Shown here in pieces: positions 26,768-35,533 of a stretch of 42,011 bases of DNA; the stretch's first letter is position 1, and every line of letters begins with the position of its first letter. Source of the stretch: Pseudomonas sp. (GTDB lineage: Bacteria > Pseudomonadota > Gammaproteobacteria > Pseudomonadales > Pseudomonadaceae); NCBI RefSeq assembly GCF_037994325.1, contig NZ_JBBNAH010000381.1, positions 1 to 42,011 on the forward strand, written 5' to 3'. The position numbers and the translations under genes were made by a program. Under the pieces are notes generated by a model, which did not search any database, had not been told where the DNA came from, and was given only the letters and a program-made list of their open reading frames with translations.

Positions 26768-27412
26768 TTACAGCAGGCAAACGCCTGTTCCGCCCAAGCC
26801 GCAGTAACCATTGGGGTTCTTGGCCAGGTACTGCTGATGGTAGGCCTCAGCGTAGTAGAAGGTGGGCGCTTCGATGATATCAGTGGTGATTGCACCAAAG
26901 CCCGCCGCTTCCAGTTGCTTCTGGAACGCCGCTTGGCTGCTCAGCGCTGCATCCAACTGAGCGGGGCTGGTGGCGTAGATGGCCGAACGGTACTGGCTGC
27001 CCACGTCGTTGCCCTGGCGCATGCCTTGGGTCGGGTTGTGGATTTCCCAGAAGGTTTTCAGCAAGGCGTCGTAGCTAGTTACCTTTGGATCAAACACCAC
27101 CAGCACCACTTCGGCATGGCCGGTCAGGCCCGAGCAGGTTTCGTCGTAGGTCGGGTTCGGCGTGTGGCCGCCGGCGTAGCCGACGGCAGTGGTGTACACG
27201 CCGGGCTGCTGCCAGAAGCGCCGCTCGGCGCCCCAAAAACAACCCAGGCCGAAAATGGCGGTTTGCAAACCGGCCGGGAACGGCGCCTGCAACGGGTTGC
27301 CGTTAACGAAGTGCGCCTCTGGCACCGGCATCGGGCTTTCACGGCCGGGCAGGGCTTGCTCGGCGGTGGGCAGGTCGAGCTTGTGGGCGAGAATTTGCGA
27401 ACGCAGCACCAT
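26768..27412 (-). CDS. msrA: Peptide-methionine (S)-S-oxide reductase MsrA
   Basis: [24 protein letters not shown] and [17 protein letters not shown] motifs. Confidence 0.97.
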   Translation of the reverse strand: MVLRSQILAHKLDLPTAEQALPGRESPMPVPEAHFVNGNPLQAPFPAGLQTAIFGLGCFWGAERRFWQQPGVYTTAVGYAGGHTPNPTYDETCSGLTGHAEVVLVVFDPKVTSYDALLKTFWEIHNPTQGMRQGNDVGSQYRSAIYATSPAQLDAALSSQAAFQKQLEAAGFGAITTDIIEAPTFYYAEAYHQQYLAKNPNGYCGLGGTGVCLL

Positions 27413-27494
27413 GGTGGGCTCCTATCTAGGCAAGGGGTTTAACCGTTCTGACGTCTGTATAGAGGGTTTACCAGGCCAGACGTTACAACGGACT

Positions 27495-30191
27495 TCAAGT
27501 TGCCGGTCGGCACGGGTAACGGCGCAGGCTTTCCAGCAGGTCGCGGCCGGGAATGGGCCGGTCAAACAAATAGCCCTGGCCGATATCGCATTTATGCCGG
27601 CGCAGAAAACTCAACTGGGCGGCATTTTCGATGCCTTCGGCCACCACCTTGAGTTTCAGATTGTGGGCCATGGCAATCACCGCCGAGGTGATTTCCATAT
27701 CGTCCTGATTGTCGGGGATGTCTTTGATAAAGCTGCGATCAATCTTGATCACGTCGATGGGGAATTTTTTCAAGTAGCTCAGTGACGAGTAGCCGGTGCC
27801 GAAGTCGTCCATGGCCAAGGTCAAGCCCAGGCTTTTCAGGCGATTGAGCTGCTGGCGGGTGTCGTCAGTGGCTTCCAGCAGCAGGCTTTCAGTCAGTTCC
27901 AGCTCCAGCAAATGCGGTGGCAGCATTTCTTCTTGGAGGATGTCGGCAATCGAGCCTACCAAATCGGGATCAGAGAACTGCTTGGGCGACAGGTTGATGG
28001 CCACCTGAATTTCACCAAGGCCCAACGCGCTCAATTGCTTGCTCATGCGGCAGGCCTGGCGTGCCACCCATTTGCCGATGGGGATGATCAGGCCGGTGTC
28101 TTCGGCCACGCTGATAAATTGGTCGGGGTTGATCATGCCCTTTTCCGGATGGTTCCAGCGCAGCAGCGCTTCCATGCCGGTGAGGTGGCCGCTGCGCAGG
28201 TCGAGCTTGGGCTGGTAGAACACTTCCAACTCATTCTGCGTCAGGGCCCGGCGCAGGTTGTTTTCTACGAACAGCTTGTAGTTGGCTTCGGCGTTTAGCG
28301 CCTCGGTAAACACCTGCACCTGGTGTTTGCCGTTGGCCTTGGCTTTGTGCAGCGCCAAGCCTGCGTGCCGCATCAGGGTGTGCGAGTCTTGGCCATGCAG
28401 GGGTGCGCAGGCCAGGCCGACCGAGCCGGTCACGCTGATCAGTTGGTTGTCGACAAACAGCGGCTTATCCAGGGTTTGCAAAATTTGCCCGGCAATGCGC
28501 ATGCCTTCAGCGACATCGCAGTTATCCAACAGCACGGCAAACTCGTTGCTGGCAAAGCGCGCCAGGCTGTTGTTCGAGTTCAGGCTGTTGCGCAGGCGCC
28601 GGGCCAGGCTCATCAGCAGCTTGTCGCCGGTCTGGTGGCCAAGGCTGTCGTTGATTCGCTTGAAGTTGTCGATGTCCACCAACAGCAAGCTGGTGGGCTG
28701 CTCGCTGTTGCCGGAAAAACGCTCTTCCATGCTGCGGATAAACGCCGGGCGGTTGCCCAGGCGCGTGAGGTTGTCGGTATAGGCCAGGCGCTCGATACGC
28801 TGCTGGGCCAGCTTGCTTTGGGTGATGTCTTCGTAAATGCCGATGTAGTGGGTCAGCTCGCCGTCGCCGCCGTAGACCTTGGAAATCGACAGGTGCCCCC
28901 AGTACGGTTCCAGGCTTTTGCGCCGGCTACGGAATTCACCATGCCAGCTGTTTTGCTGGGCCAGATTGGAGTGGGCGTTGAACAGCAGGTCGCTGAGGTT
29001 AGCCAGCGCCGGTAGCTCGGACAGGCGCCGGCCTTGCACTTCTTCCGGGCTGAACAGGGTGATAGCGGTAAAGCTTGAGTTGACGTATTCGACGATGCCG
29101 TCGCGATCAATCAGCAAAAACGCGCTGGCGCTTTGTTCCACCGCGCGGCGGAACAGCTGCAATTCGGTGTTGGCGCTACGGCGCTGCTGGTTAACCAGGG
29201 CGTGGGCGAATTGGTCCGCCAGCTCGCCGGCAAAGGCAATTTCATCGGCCTGCCACACGCGCTCGCTGCCCACATGCTCCAGGCACAGCACCGCCACCAC
29301 TTCGCCAGCCACGCGCACGCTGGCATCCAGCATGCCGGTTACGCCACGGGGCATCAGGTGGGTTTCGGCCAGCTCACGGGTACGCGGGTCGCGCATGGCG
29401 CTATGGGCGTCGATGGCGCGGCCACTGTGCAGGGCGGCGAGGTAGTGCGGGTATTTGCTGGCGTTGATCGGCGTGGGTAGCTCGTGCTGGCCGATATCGG
29501 TGCTGTACATGGTGATGGGGTCAAGCTGCTCTTGGCGCAGGTACCAGAGGCTGGCGCGGGCGACGCTGAACGTTTCGCAGGCGGCCTTGGTGATCAGCTG
29601 CGCAGCCTCGACTACCTGATTCTCGGAGCTATACCGATGGCGCGCCAGGCGCACGATCATGCTTTGCTGGGCACGGCTGCGCACCAGATGCTGCAGGTGT
29701 TCTTCTTGGGAGCGTTGATAAAGTTCGAGGGAGGCTTGCAGGCGGCTGTTCTGAATTTGCAGTTCGGACTGTTGCGGCTGGCGGTCGGGGAACACCGGCT
29801 CGTCTGCTGGCAATAAATAGCCGCGTAGTAGTTGCCGACCGTGCTGCTTGAAGGCTTCGCCCAGCTCGACTAAATGCAGCAGGCCATTGGGTGTGTGCAG
29901 CTTGTAGTGGACTTTGTAGTGCGGGGAATCTTTAAGTTGCAGCTGAATGGTGTCGTGCAACTGGTAGCGTTCTTCCGGCTCCATCAGGCTGGCGTAAGGC
30001 GAGCCAACCAAGCCGCAAAGTTCGCCAGCGGCGAGGCCAAATTGGGCCTCGCAGGAGGCGTCTAAAAATAGCAGTGTCCAGCTAGCCTCATTAAGCCGCT
30101 CGAAACGCAACATGCCGAGCCGCGAGGGCACTGGCAACTGCGTCACAACCTCGACCGCCGGACGGCTGGCGGCATCGGTATGGCTTTTCAT
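27495..30191 (-). CDS. dipA: PAS/GAF/PAS-GGDEF(degenerate)-EAL c-di-GMP phosphodiesterase, DipA/Pch orthologue
   Basis: Likely start MKSHTDAASR at 30191. GGDEF is replaced by ASNEF; EALLRW, DDFGTGYSSL, KIDRSF and AEGIE are intact. Position next to aceF and msrA as for PA5017. Confidence 0.9.
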   Translation of the reverse strand: MKSHTDAASRPAVEVVTQLPVPSRLGMLRFERLNEASWTLLFLDASCEAQFGLAAGELCGLVGSPYASLMEPEERYQLHDTIQLQLKDSPHYKVHYKLHTPNGLLHLVELGEAFKQHGRQLLRGYLLPADEPVFPDRQPQQSELQIQNSRLQASLELYQRSQEEHLQHLVRSRAQQSMIVRLARHRYSSENQVVEAAQLITKAACETFSVARASLWYLRQEQLDPITMYSTDIGQHELPTPINASKYPHYLAALHSGRAIDAHSAMRDPRTRELAETHLMPRGVTGMLDASVRVAGEVVAVLCLEHVGSERVWQADEIAFAGELADQFAHALVNQQRRSANTELQLFRRAVEQSASAFLLIDRDGIVEYVNSSFTAITLFSPEEVQGRRLSELPALANLSDLLFNAHSNLAQQNSWHGEFRSRRKSLEPYWGHLSISKVYGGDGELTHYIGIYEDITQSKLAQQRIERLAYTDNLTRLGNRPAFIRSMEERFSGNSEQPTSLLLVDIDNFKRINDSLGHQTGDKLLMSLARRLRNSLNSNNSLARFASNEFAVLLDNCDVAEGMRIAGQILQTLDKPLFVDNQLISVTGSVGLACAPLHGQDSHTLMRHAGLALHKAKANGKHQVQVFTEALNAEANYKLFVENNLRRALTQNELEVFYQPKLDLRSGHLTGMEALLRWNHPEKGMINPDQFISVAEDTGLIIPIGKWVARQACRMSKQLSALGLGEIQVAINLSPKQFSDPDLVGSIADILQEEMLPPHLLELELTESLLLEATDDTRQQLNRLKSLGLTLAMDDFGTGYSSLSYLKKFPIDVIKIDRSFIKDIPDNQDDMEITSAVIAMAHNLKLKVVAEGIENAAQLSFLRRHKCDIGQGYLFDRPIPGRDLLESLRRYPCRPAT

Positions 30192-30256
30192 CGGGAGACT
30201 CGCTTCCAGTATGCTGAACGAGTGGCTTGGAGCCACTTCAACGGTAAGGGTGCATC

Positions 30257-30790
30257 ATGCGAACACGACTGACAAGGCGGCTCGGCCTTTTGCCTGCAAT
30301 CGCCACGTTAATGCTAGCCGCAGCTGGCTTGCAGGCAGCAGAACCAGAGGCAGAATTGAATGGTGCCGAGCAGGCGCGCTACCTCAATGAACTGAAACAT
30401 TTATACCTCACCAGCAGCGACCGTCAGGCGTTGCTGGCGCAAAGCAATGAACTGCTCGACACCTATGCGTTGCGGGCGGCTTTTCAGGTAGGGCAGGCCG
30501 AGCGTCGCGACCAGGTTTACCAACTCAGCGTCGGCGCTCCCGGTGAGCTGCTTATCAGCGAAAAGACCCGCGAAGCCCAAGGCGTGAATATAGCCGTGCG
30601 TAACCAACGTCTCTCGGTGTTCGGCGTCGACCCTTACATCAAGTACGACTGCCCGCCGACCGAACAAATCTGCGTATTCAAAAACCCTCAAGACGGTAGC
30701 CCTTGGCTAACCATCCGCCGTGACCATCAAGGTGCCGCACAGCTAGCCAAAGCGTTGTCGTTTTTGCTGCGCAATATGCAGAAGGGTTGA
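30257..30790 (+). CDS. Hypothetical exported protein
   Basis: Basic N-terminus, hydrophobic core, AGLQA cleavage site; natural-looking composition; fills the dipA-aceF gap; Cys pair CPPTEQIC. Confidence 0.75.
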   Translation: MRTRLTRRLGLLPAIATLMLAAAGLQAAEPEAELNGAEQARYLNELKHLYLTSSDRQALLAQSNELLDTYALRAAFQVGQAERRDQVYQLSVGAPGELLISEKTREAQGVNIAVRNQRLSVFGVDPYIKYDCPPTEQICVFKNPQDGSPWLTIRRDHQGAAQLAKALSFLLRNMQKG

Positions 30791-30824
30791 GCCGCTAGTT
30801 TGGGGCGGTCCGCGTTCGGTGAGC

Positions 30825-30855
30825 GTTGGGCTTCGCTACGCTCAACCCAACCTAC
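30825..30855 (-). repeat. GTAG-family REP of a second subfamily
   Basis: Minus strand GTAGGTTGGGTTGAGCGTAGCGAAGCCCAAC. Confidence 0.75.
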
Positions 30856-30888
30856 ATGTCGAATGGTTTTCCACCGAAAAAAACACGC

Positions 30889-30914
30889 AAAAAAAACCCC
30901 GCCAATCGGCGGGG
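30889..30914 (-). terminator. Rho-independent terminator of aceEF
   Basis: Minus strand CCCCGCC-GATT-GGCGGGG followed by T8. Confidence 0.85.
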
Positions 30915-30961
30915 CTGAGGTACGAGCGTGGCGCCCGAAAGTTAAAGCCTTGCAGTAACGC

Positions 30962-32617
30962 TTACAGCAGCAGGGTACGGATATCGCCCAACACGTCGCT
31001 AAGACGCTTGGTGAAACGTGCGGCAGCGGCACCATTGATCACGCGGTGATCGTAAGACAGCGACAGTGGCAGCATCAGCTTGGGCTGGAACGCTTTGCCA
31101 TCCCACACCGGCTGGATAGTGGCCTTGGACACGCCAAGAATCGCCACTTCCGGCGCGTTGACGATCGGCGTAAAGCCGGTGCCGCCAATATGCCCGAGGC
31201 TGGAAATGGTGAAGCAGGCGCCTTGCATGGCGTCGGCCGAGAGCTTTTTGGTCCGCGCTTTTTCTGCCAGTTCGGCAGCTTCAGCAGCCAGTTGCAGCAA
31301 GCTCTTCTTGTCGACGTCTTTGATCACCGGCACCAACAGGCCATCCGGGGTATCCACGGCGAAACCGATATTCACGTACTTCTTGCGAATAATCGCTTTG
31401 CCCGACGGCGCCAGCGAGCTGTTGAAGTCCGGTAGTTCCTTGAGCAGGAAGGCGCAGGCTTTAAGCAGCAATGGCAATACGGTGAGCTTGACGCCGGCTT
31501 TCTCAGCCACGGCTTTCTGCGCAACGCGGAAGGCTTCCAGCTCAGTGATATCAGCCGAATCAAACTGGGTGACGTGCGGCACGTTGAGCCAGCTGCGGTG
31601 CAGGTTAGTGGCGCCAACTTGCATCAGGCGGGTCATCGGCACTTCTTCAATTTCACCAAAGCGGCTGAAATCGACTTCCGGAATCGGCGGAATACCCGCA
31701 CCACCGGTAGCGCCGGCAGCCGGTGCTTCCTTGGCCTTTTGCATCATGGCTTTGACGTAAACCTGCACGTCTTCTTTCAGCACACGACCATGGGGGCCGG
31801 TCGCGGTAACAGCGCTTAGCTCAACGCCAAACTCGCGCGCCAGTTGGCGGACGGCAGGGCCGGCGTGGGTTTTTGCGCCGTCTTTGGCCGGCGCAGCAGG
31901 GGCTGCTTCGGCTTTGGCAGGTGCGGCTGCTGGTGCAGCGGCTGGCGCCGCAGCAGCTTCGGCTTTAGCCGCCGGAGCAGAGGGTGCCGCCGCAGGTTCA
32001 GGAGCAGGCGCCGCAGCGGGTGCGCTACCTGCCACTTTCAGCTTCAAAATCAGGTCGCCGGTGCCGACTTCGTCGTCCAGCTTCACGCTCAGGCTTTCCA
32101 CCACGCCGGCAGCCGGCGAAGGGATTTCCATGCTGGCTTTGTCAGACTCCAACACCAGCAGCGATTGGTCGGCTTCTACCGTGTCACCGACTTTTACCAA
32201 CAGCTCGATGATTTTGGCTTTGCCCGACGAACCGATATCCGGCACGTGGATGTCTTGCACCGAGCTTGCAGCCGCCGCGGCCGGAGCAGCTGCGGGGGCA
32301 GGTTCGGCGGCTTTGGTTGGTTCAGCAGCCGGAGCGGCTTCGGCTTTGGCGGCTGGCTCGGCGGCGGCCGGTGCTGCTTCAGCGCCGTCCACTTCCAGTT
32401 CCAGTAACTCATCGCCTTCTTTCAGGCGATCGCCGAGTTTCACTTTCAGGCTTTTCACCACGCCGGCTTTCGGCGCGGGAATTTCCATGCTGGCTTTGTC
32501 CGACTCAAGGGTGAGCAAGCTTTGATCTGCTTCAATGCGATCGCCCACTTTCACCATCAATTCGATAACTTCCCCTTCACCGCTGCCAATGTCGGGTACG
32601 CGAATTAGTTCACTCAT
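30962..32617 (-). CDS. aceF: Pyruvate dehydrogenase E2, dihydrolipoyllysine-residue acetyltransferase
   Basis: Two lipoyl domains (ESDKAS twice), Ala/Pro linkers, HAGPAVR E3-binding domain, DHRVING catalytic motif. Confidence 0.97.
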   Translation of the reverse strand: MSELIRVPDIGSGEGEVIELMVKVGDRIEADQSLLTLESDKASMEIPAPKAGVVKSLKVKLGDRLKEGDELLELEVDGAEAAPAAAEPAAKAEAAPAAEPTKAAEPAPAAAPAAAAASSVQDIHVPDIGSSGKAKIIELLVKVGDTVEADQSLLVLESDKASMEIPSPAAGVVESLSVKLDDEVGTGDLILKLKVAGSAPAAAPAPEPAAAPSAPAAKAEAAAAPAAAPAAAPAKAEAAPAAPAKDGAKTHAGPAVRQLAREFGVELSAVTATGPHGRVLKEDVQVYVKAMMQKAKEAPAAGATGGAGIPPIPEVDFSRFGEIEEVPMTRLMQVGATNLHRSWLNVPHVTQFDSADITELEAFRVAQKAVAEKAGVKLTVLPLLLKACAFLLKELPDFNSSLAPSGKAIIRKKYVNIGFAVDTPDGLLVPVIKDVDKKSLLQLAAEAAELAEKARTKKLSADAMQGACFTISSLGHIGGTGFTPIVNAPEVAILGVSKATIQPVWDGKAFQPKLMLPLSLSYDHRVINGAAAARFTKRLSDVLGDIRTLLL

Positions 32618-32629
32618 CTCAGCGCTCCC

Positions 32630-35275
32630 TTAGCAGTCCAGTGGGTTACGTTTTTCAGGGTTGATGCCGAACTTGACGATGGCCTCGGCCACCACTTTCG
32701 GTTCGATATCACCGCGATCAGCCAGGGCTTCCAGCGCGGCCAGCACCACGAAGTGACGGTCCACTTCAAAGAAGTGACGCAACTTCTTGCGGCTGTCGCT
32801 ACGGCCGAAACCGTCGGTGCCCAGCACTTTGTATTCTTTGACCGGTACCCACTGACGAATCTGTTCAGCAAACAGCTTCATATAGTCGGTGCTGGCAATG
32901 ACCGGGCCTTTGCGGCCGCCCAGGCATTCTTCCACGTAGGTTTTCGCTGGCTTCTGACCCGGGTGCAGACGGTTGCTGCGTTCCACGGCCAGGCCATTGC
33001 GGCGCAGTTCGTTGAAGCTGGTAACGCTCCATACGTCGGCACCGATGTTGAACTCGTCACGCAGAATTCTCGCGGCTTCGCGCACTTCCCGCAGGATGGT
33101 GCCCGAGCCCAGCAGTTGCACGTGGTGAGCGGCGTCGCGCTTGTCTTCTTCGAGCAGGTACATGCCCTTGACGATGCCTTCTTCCACACCGGCCGGGATG
33201 GCTGGCTGGGCGTAGGACTCGTTCATCACGGTGATGTAGTAGAAAACGTCCTGCTGCTCTTCGGTCATTTTCTTCATGCCGTCCTGAATGATCACCGCCA
33301 GCTCGTAGCCGTAGGTGGGGTCATAGGTGCGACAGTTGGGAATGGTGCCGGCGAGCATATGGCTGTGACCGTCTTCGTGCTGCAGGCCTTCACCGTTAAG
33401 GGTGGTGCGGCCAGCCGTACCGCCGATCAGGAAGCCACGGGTGCGGCTGTCGCCAGCGGCCCAGGCCAGGTCGCCAATACGCTGGAAACCGAACATGGAG
33501 TAGAAGATGTAGAACGGCAGCATCGGCTGGTTGTGGCTGGAGTACGAAGTACCAGCAGCAATAAACGACGACATGGCGCCGGCTTCGTTGATGCCTTCTT
33601 CGAGAATCTGGCCCTTCTTGTCTTCGCGGTAGAACATCACTTGGTCTTTATCCACCGGCTCGTAGAGCTGGCCGACCGAGGAGTAGATACCGAGCTGACG
33701 GAACATGCCTTCCATACCAAAGGTACGGGCTTCGTCCGGGATGATCGGCACGATGCGTTGGCCGATTTCCTTGTCCTTGACCAACTGCGAGAGGATGCGC
33801 ACAAAGGCCATGGTGGTGGAGATTTCGCGGTCGCCGCTGCCGTCCAGAATGGCCTTGAGGCTATCCAGTGGCGGGGTCGGAATGCTGAAGCTCTTGGCCC
33901 GGCGCTGCGGCACAAAACCACCCAGGGCGCTGCGGCGCTCGCTGAGGTAACGGGCTTCGGCGCTGCCTTCTTCGGGTTTGAAGAACGGCAGGTTTTCCAG
34001 CTCTTCGTCTTTCACCGGAATATCGAAGCGGTCGCGGAATTTCTTCAGGCTGTCGACATCGACTTTCTTGGTGTTGTGCGCGGTGTTTTTCGCTTCGCCG
34101 GCACCGGTGTCATAACCTTTGATGGTTTTGGCCAGGATGACGGTAGGTTGCTCTTTATGGTTAACCGCTTGGTGATACGCCGCGTAGACCTTGTACGGGT
34201 CGTGGCCGCCACGGTTGAGCTTCCAGATTTCGTCGTCGGACAGGTCGGCGACCATGGCCTTGAGTTCTGGCGAGTTAAAGAAGTGCTCGCGAACAAAGGC
34301 GCCGTCTTTGGCCTTGTAGTTCTGGTACTCGCCGTCGATGACTTCGTCCATACGGCGTTGCAGGATGCCGTCGGTGTCTTTGGCCAGCAGCGGATCCCAG
34401 AAGCGACCCCAGACCACTTTGTTAACGTTCCACTGCGCACCGCGGAACACGCCTTCGAGTTCCTGGATGATTTTGCCGTTACCGCGCACTGGGCCGTCGA
34501 GGCGCTGCAGGTTGCAGTTGATGACAAAGATCAGGTTGTCGAGTTTTTCGCGGCCAGCCAGGGAAATGGCGCCCAAGGATTCCGGCTCGTCGCACTCGCC
34601 GTCGCCCATAAAGCACCAGACTTTTTGCTTGCCAGCCGGGATAAAACCACGGCTTTCCAGGTACTTCATAAAGCGTGCCTGGTAGATCGCCTGGATCGGG
34701 CCAAGGCCCATGGAAACGGTGGGGAACTGCCAGAAGTCAGGCATCAACCACGGGTGCGGGTATGACGACAGACCATTGCCATCGACTTCCTGACGGAAGT
34801 TGTTCATTTGGTCTTCGGTAATGCGGCCTTCCATAAAGGCACGGGCGTAAACGCCTGGCGATGCATGGCCTTGGAAGTAGATGAGGTCACCGCCGTGTTC
34901 GTCGGTCGGGGCCTGGAAGAAGTAGTTGAAGCCAATGTCGTAGAGGGTGGCGCTGGAGGCGAAGCTGGAGATGTGGCCGCCCAGATCCGAGTCTTTCAGG
35001 TTGGTGCGCATCACCATCGCCAAGGCGTTCCAACGGACCAGCGAACGAATGCGGCGTTCCATAAACAGGTCGCCAGGCATACGTGCTTCGTGGGTAACGG
35101 GGATGGTGTTGCGGTACGGCGTGGTGATGGCATAGGGCAGTTGCGCACCGCTGCGGGTGGCGAGTTCGCCCATGCGGGTCATGAGGTAATGAGCGCGGTC
35201 TTCACCTTCACGGTCGAGGACGGATTCAAGCGCGTCCAGCCATTCCTGGGTTTCGACGGGATCGAGGTCTTGCAT
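32630..35275 (-). CDS. aceE: Pyruvate dehydrogenase E1, homodimeric type
   Basis: Start MQDLDPVETQEW at 35275 behind SD GGAG; GDGECDEPES TPP motif; LSSYPHP and GEGLQHEDGHS motifs. Confidence 0.98.
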   Translation of the reverse strand: MQDLDPVETQEWLDALESVLDREGEDRAHYLMTRMGELATRSGAQLPYAITTPYRNTIPVTHEARMPGDLFMERRIRSLVRWNALAMVMRTNLKDSDLGGHISSFASSATLYDIGFNYFFQAPTDEHGGDLIYFQGHASPGVYARAFMEGRITEDQMNNFRQEVDGNGLSSYPHPWLMPDFWQFPTVSMGLGPIQAIYQARFMKYLESRGFIPAGKQKVWCFMGDGECDEPESLGAISLAGREKLDNLIFVINCNLQRLDGPVRGNGKIIQELEGVFRGAQWNVNKVVWGRFWDPLLAKDTDGILQRRMDEVIDGEYQNYKAKDGAFVREHFFNSPELKAMVADLSDDEIWKLNRGGHDPYKVYAAYHQAVNHKEQPTVILAKTIKGYDTGAGEAKNTAHNTKKVDVDSLKKFRDRFDIPVKDEELENLPFFKPEEGSAEARYLSERRSALGGFVPQRRAKSFSIPTPPLDSLKAILDGSGDREISTTMAFVRILSQLVKDKEIGQRIVPIIPDEARTFGMEGMFRQLGIYSSVGQLYEPVDKDQVMFYREDKKGQILEEGINEAGAMSSFIAAGTSYSSHNQPMLPFYIFYSMFGFQRIGDLAWAAGDSRTRGFLIGGTAGRTTLNGEGLQHEDGHSHMLAGTIPNCRTYDPTYGYELAVIIQDGMKKMTEEQQDVFYYITVMNESYAQPAIPAGVEEGIVKGMYLLEEDKRDAAHHVQLLGSGTILREVREAARILRDEFNIGADVWSVTSFNELRRNGLAVERSNRLHPGQKPAKTYVEECLGGRKGPVIASTDYMKLFAEQIRQWVPVKEYKVLGTDGFGRSDSRKKLRHFFEVDRHFVVLAALEALADRGDIEPKVVAEAIVKFGINPEKRNPLDC

Positions 35276-35386
35276 GGCTTGCTCCATGGCGGAAAGGCTT
35301 CCAGAATCGAAAACCTTGTGTTCGTTGCCAGCCTTATGGGCAGGCACGTGAATTCTTGGTTTTTACCGGAGGTAGGACCGGCGGCG

Positions 35387-35453
35387 TGTAGTTTTACTAC
35401 AAATCGACGGAGGTTTCAGCCCTTGAGACACATTCTTTCGTAGTAAAACTACA
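35387..35453. promoter_or_regulatory. Paired pseudo-palindromic operator upstream of aceE (RccR/HexR-like binding sites)
   Basis: TGTAGTTTTACTACA (35387-35401) and its inverse GTAGTAAAACTACA (35440-35453). Matches my recollection of the RccR sites at the Pseudomonas aceE promoter. Confidence 0.75.
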
Positions 35454-35533
35454 TTGTGTACACATTAAAACGAAAAAATCGCGACAATCTGGTGGGTGAA
35501 AGCCAGGTTGTACGGCGATAAACAGGATAGATC

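Noticed and set aside
28530-28560. Degenerate GGDEF (ASNEF) as a novelty or pseudogene sign
   Set aside because: A known feature of DipA/Pch orthologues; the EAL domain is intact.
31880-32400. Low-complexity GCN/CCN-rich repeats
   Set aside because: Ordinary Ala/Pro linkers between the AceF lipoyl domains.
32753-34765. 670-aa plus-strand ORF
   Set aside because: Antisense shadow of aceE caused by high-GC codon bias; no recognisable motifs.
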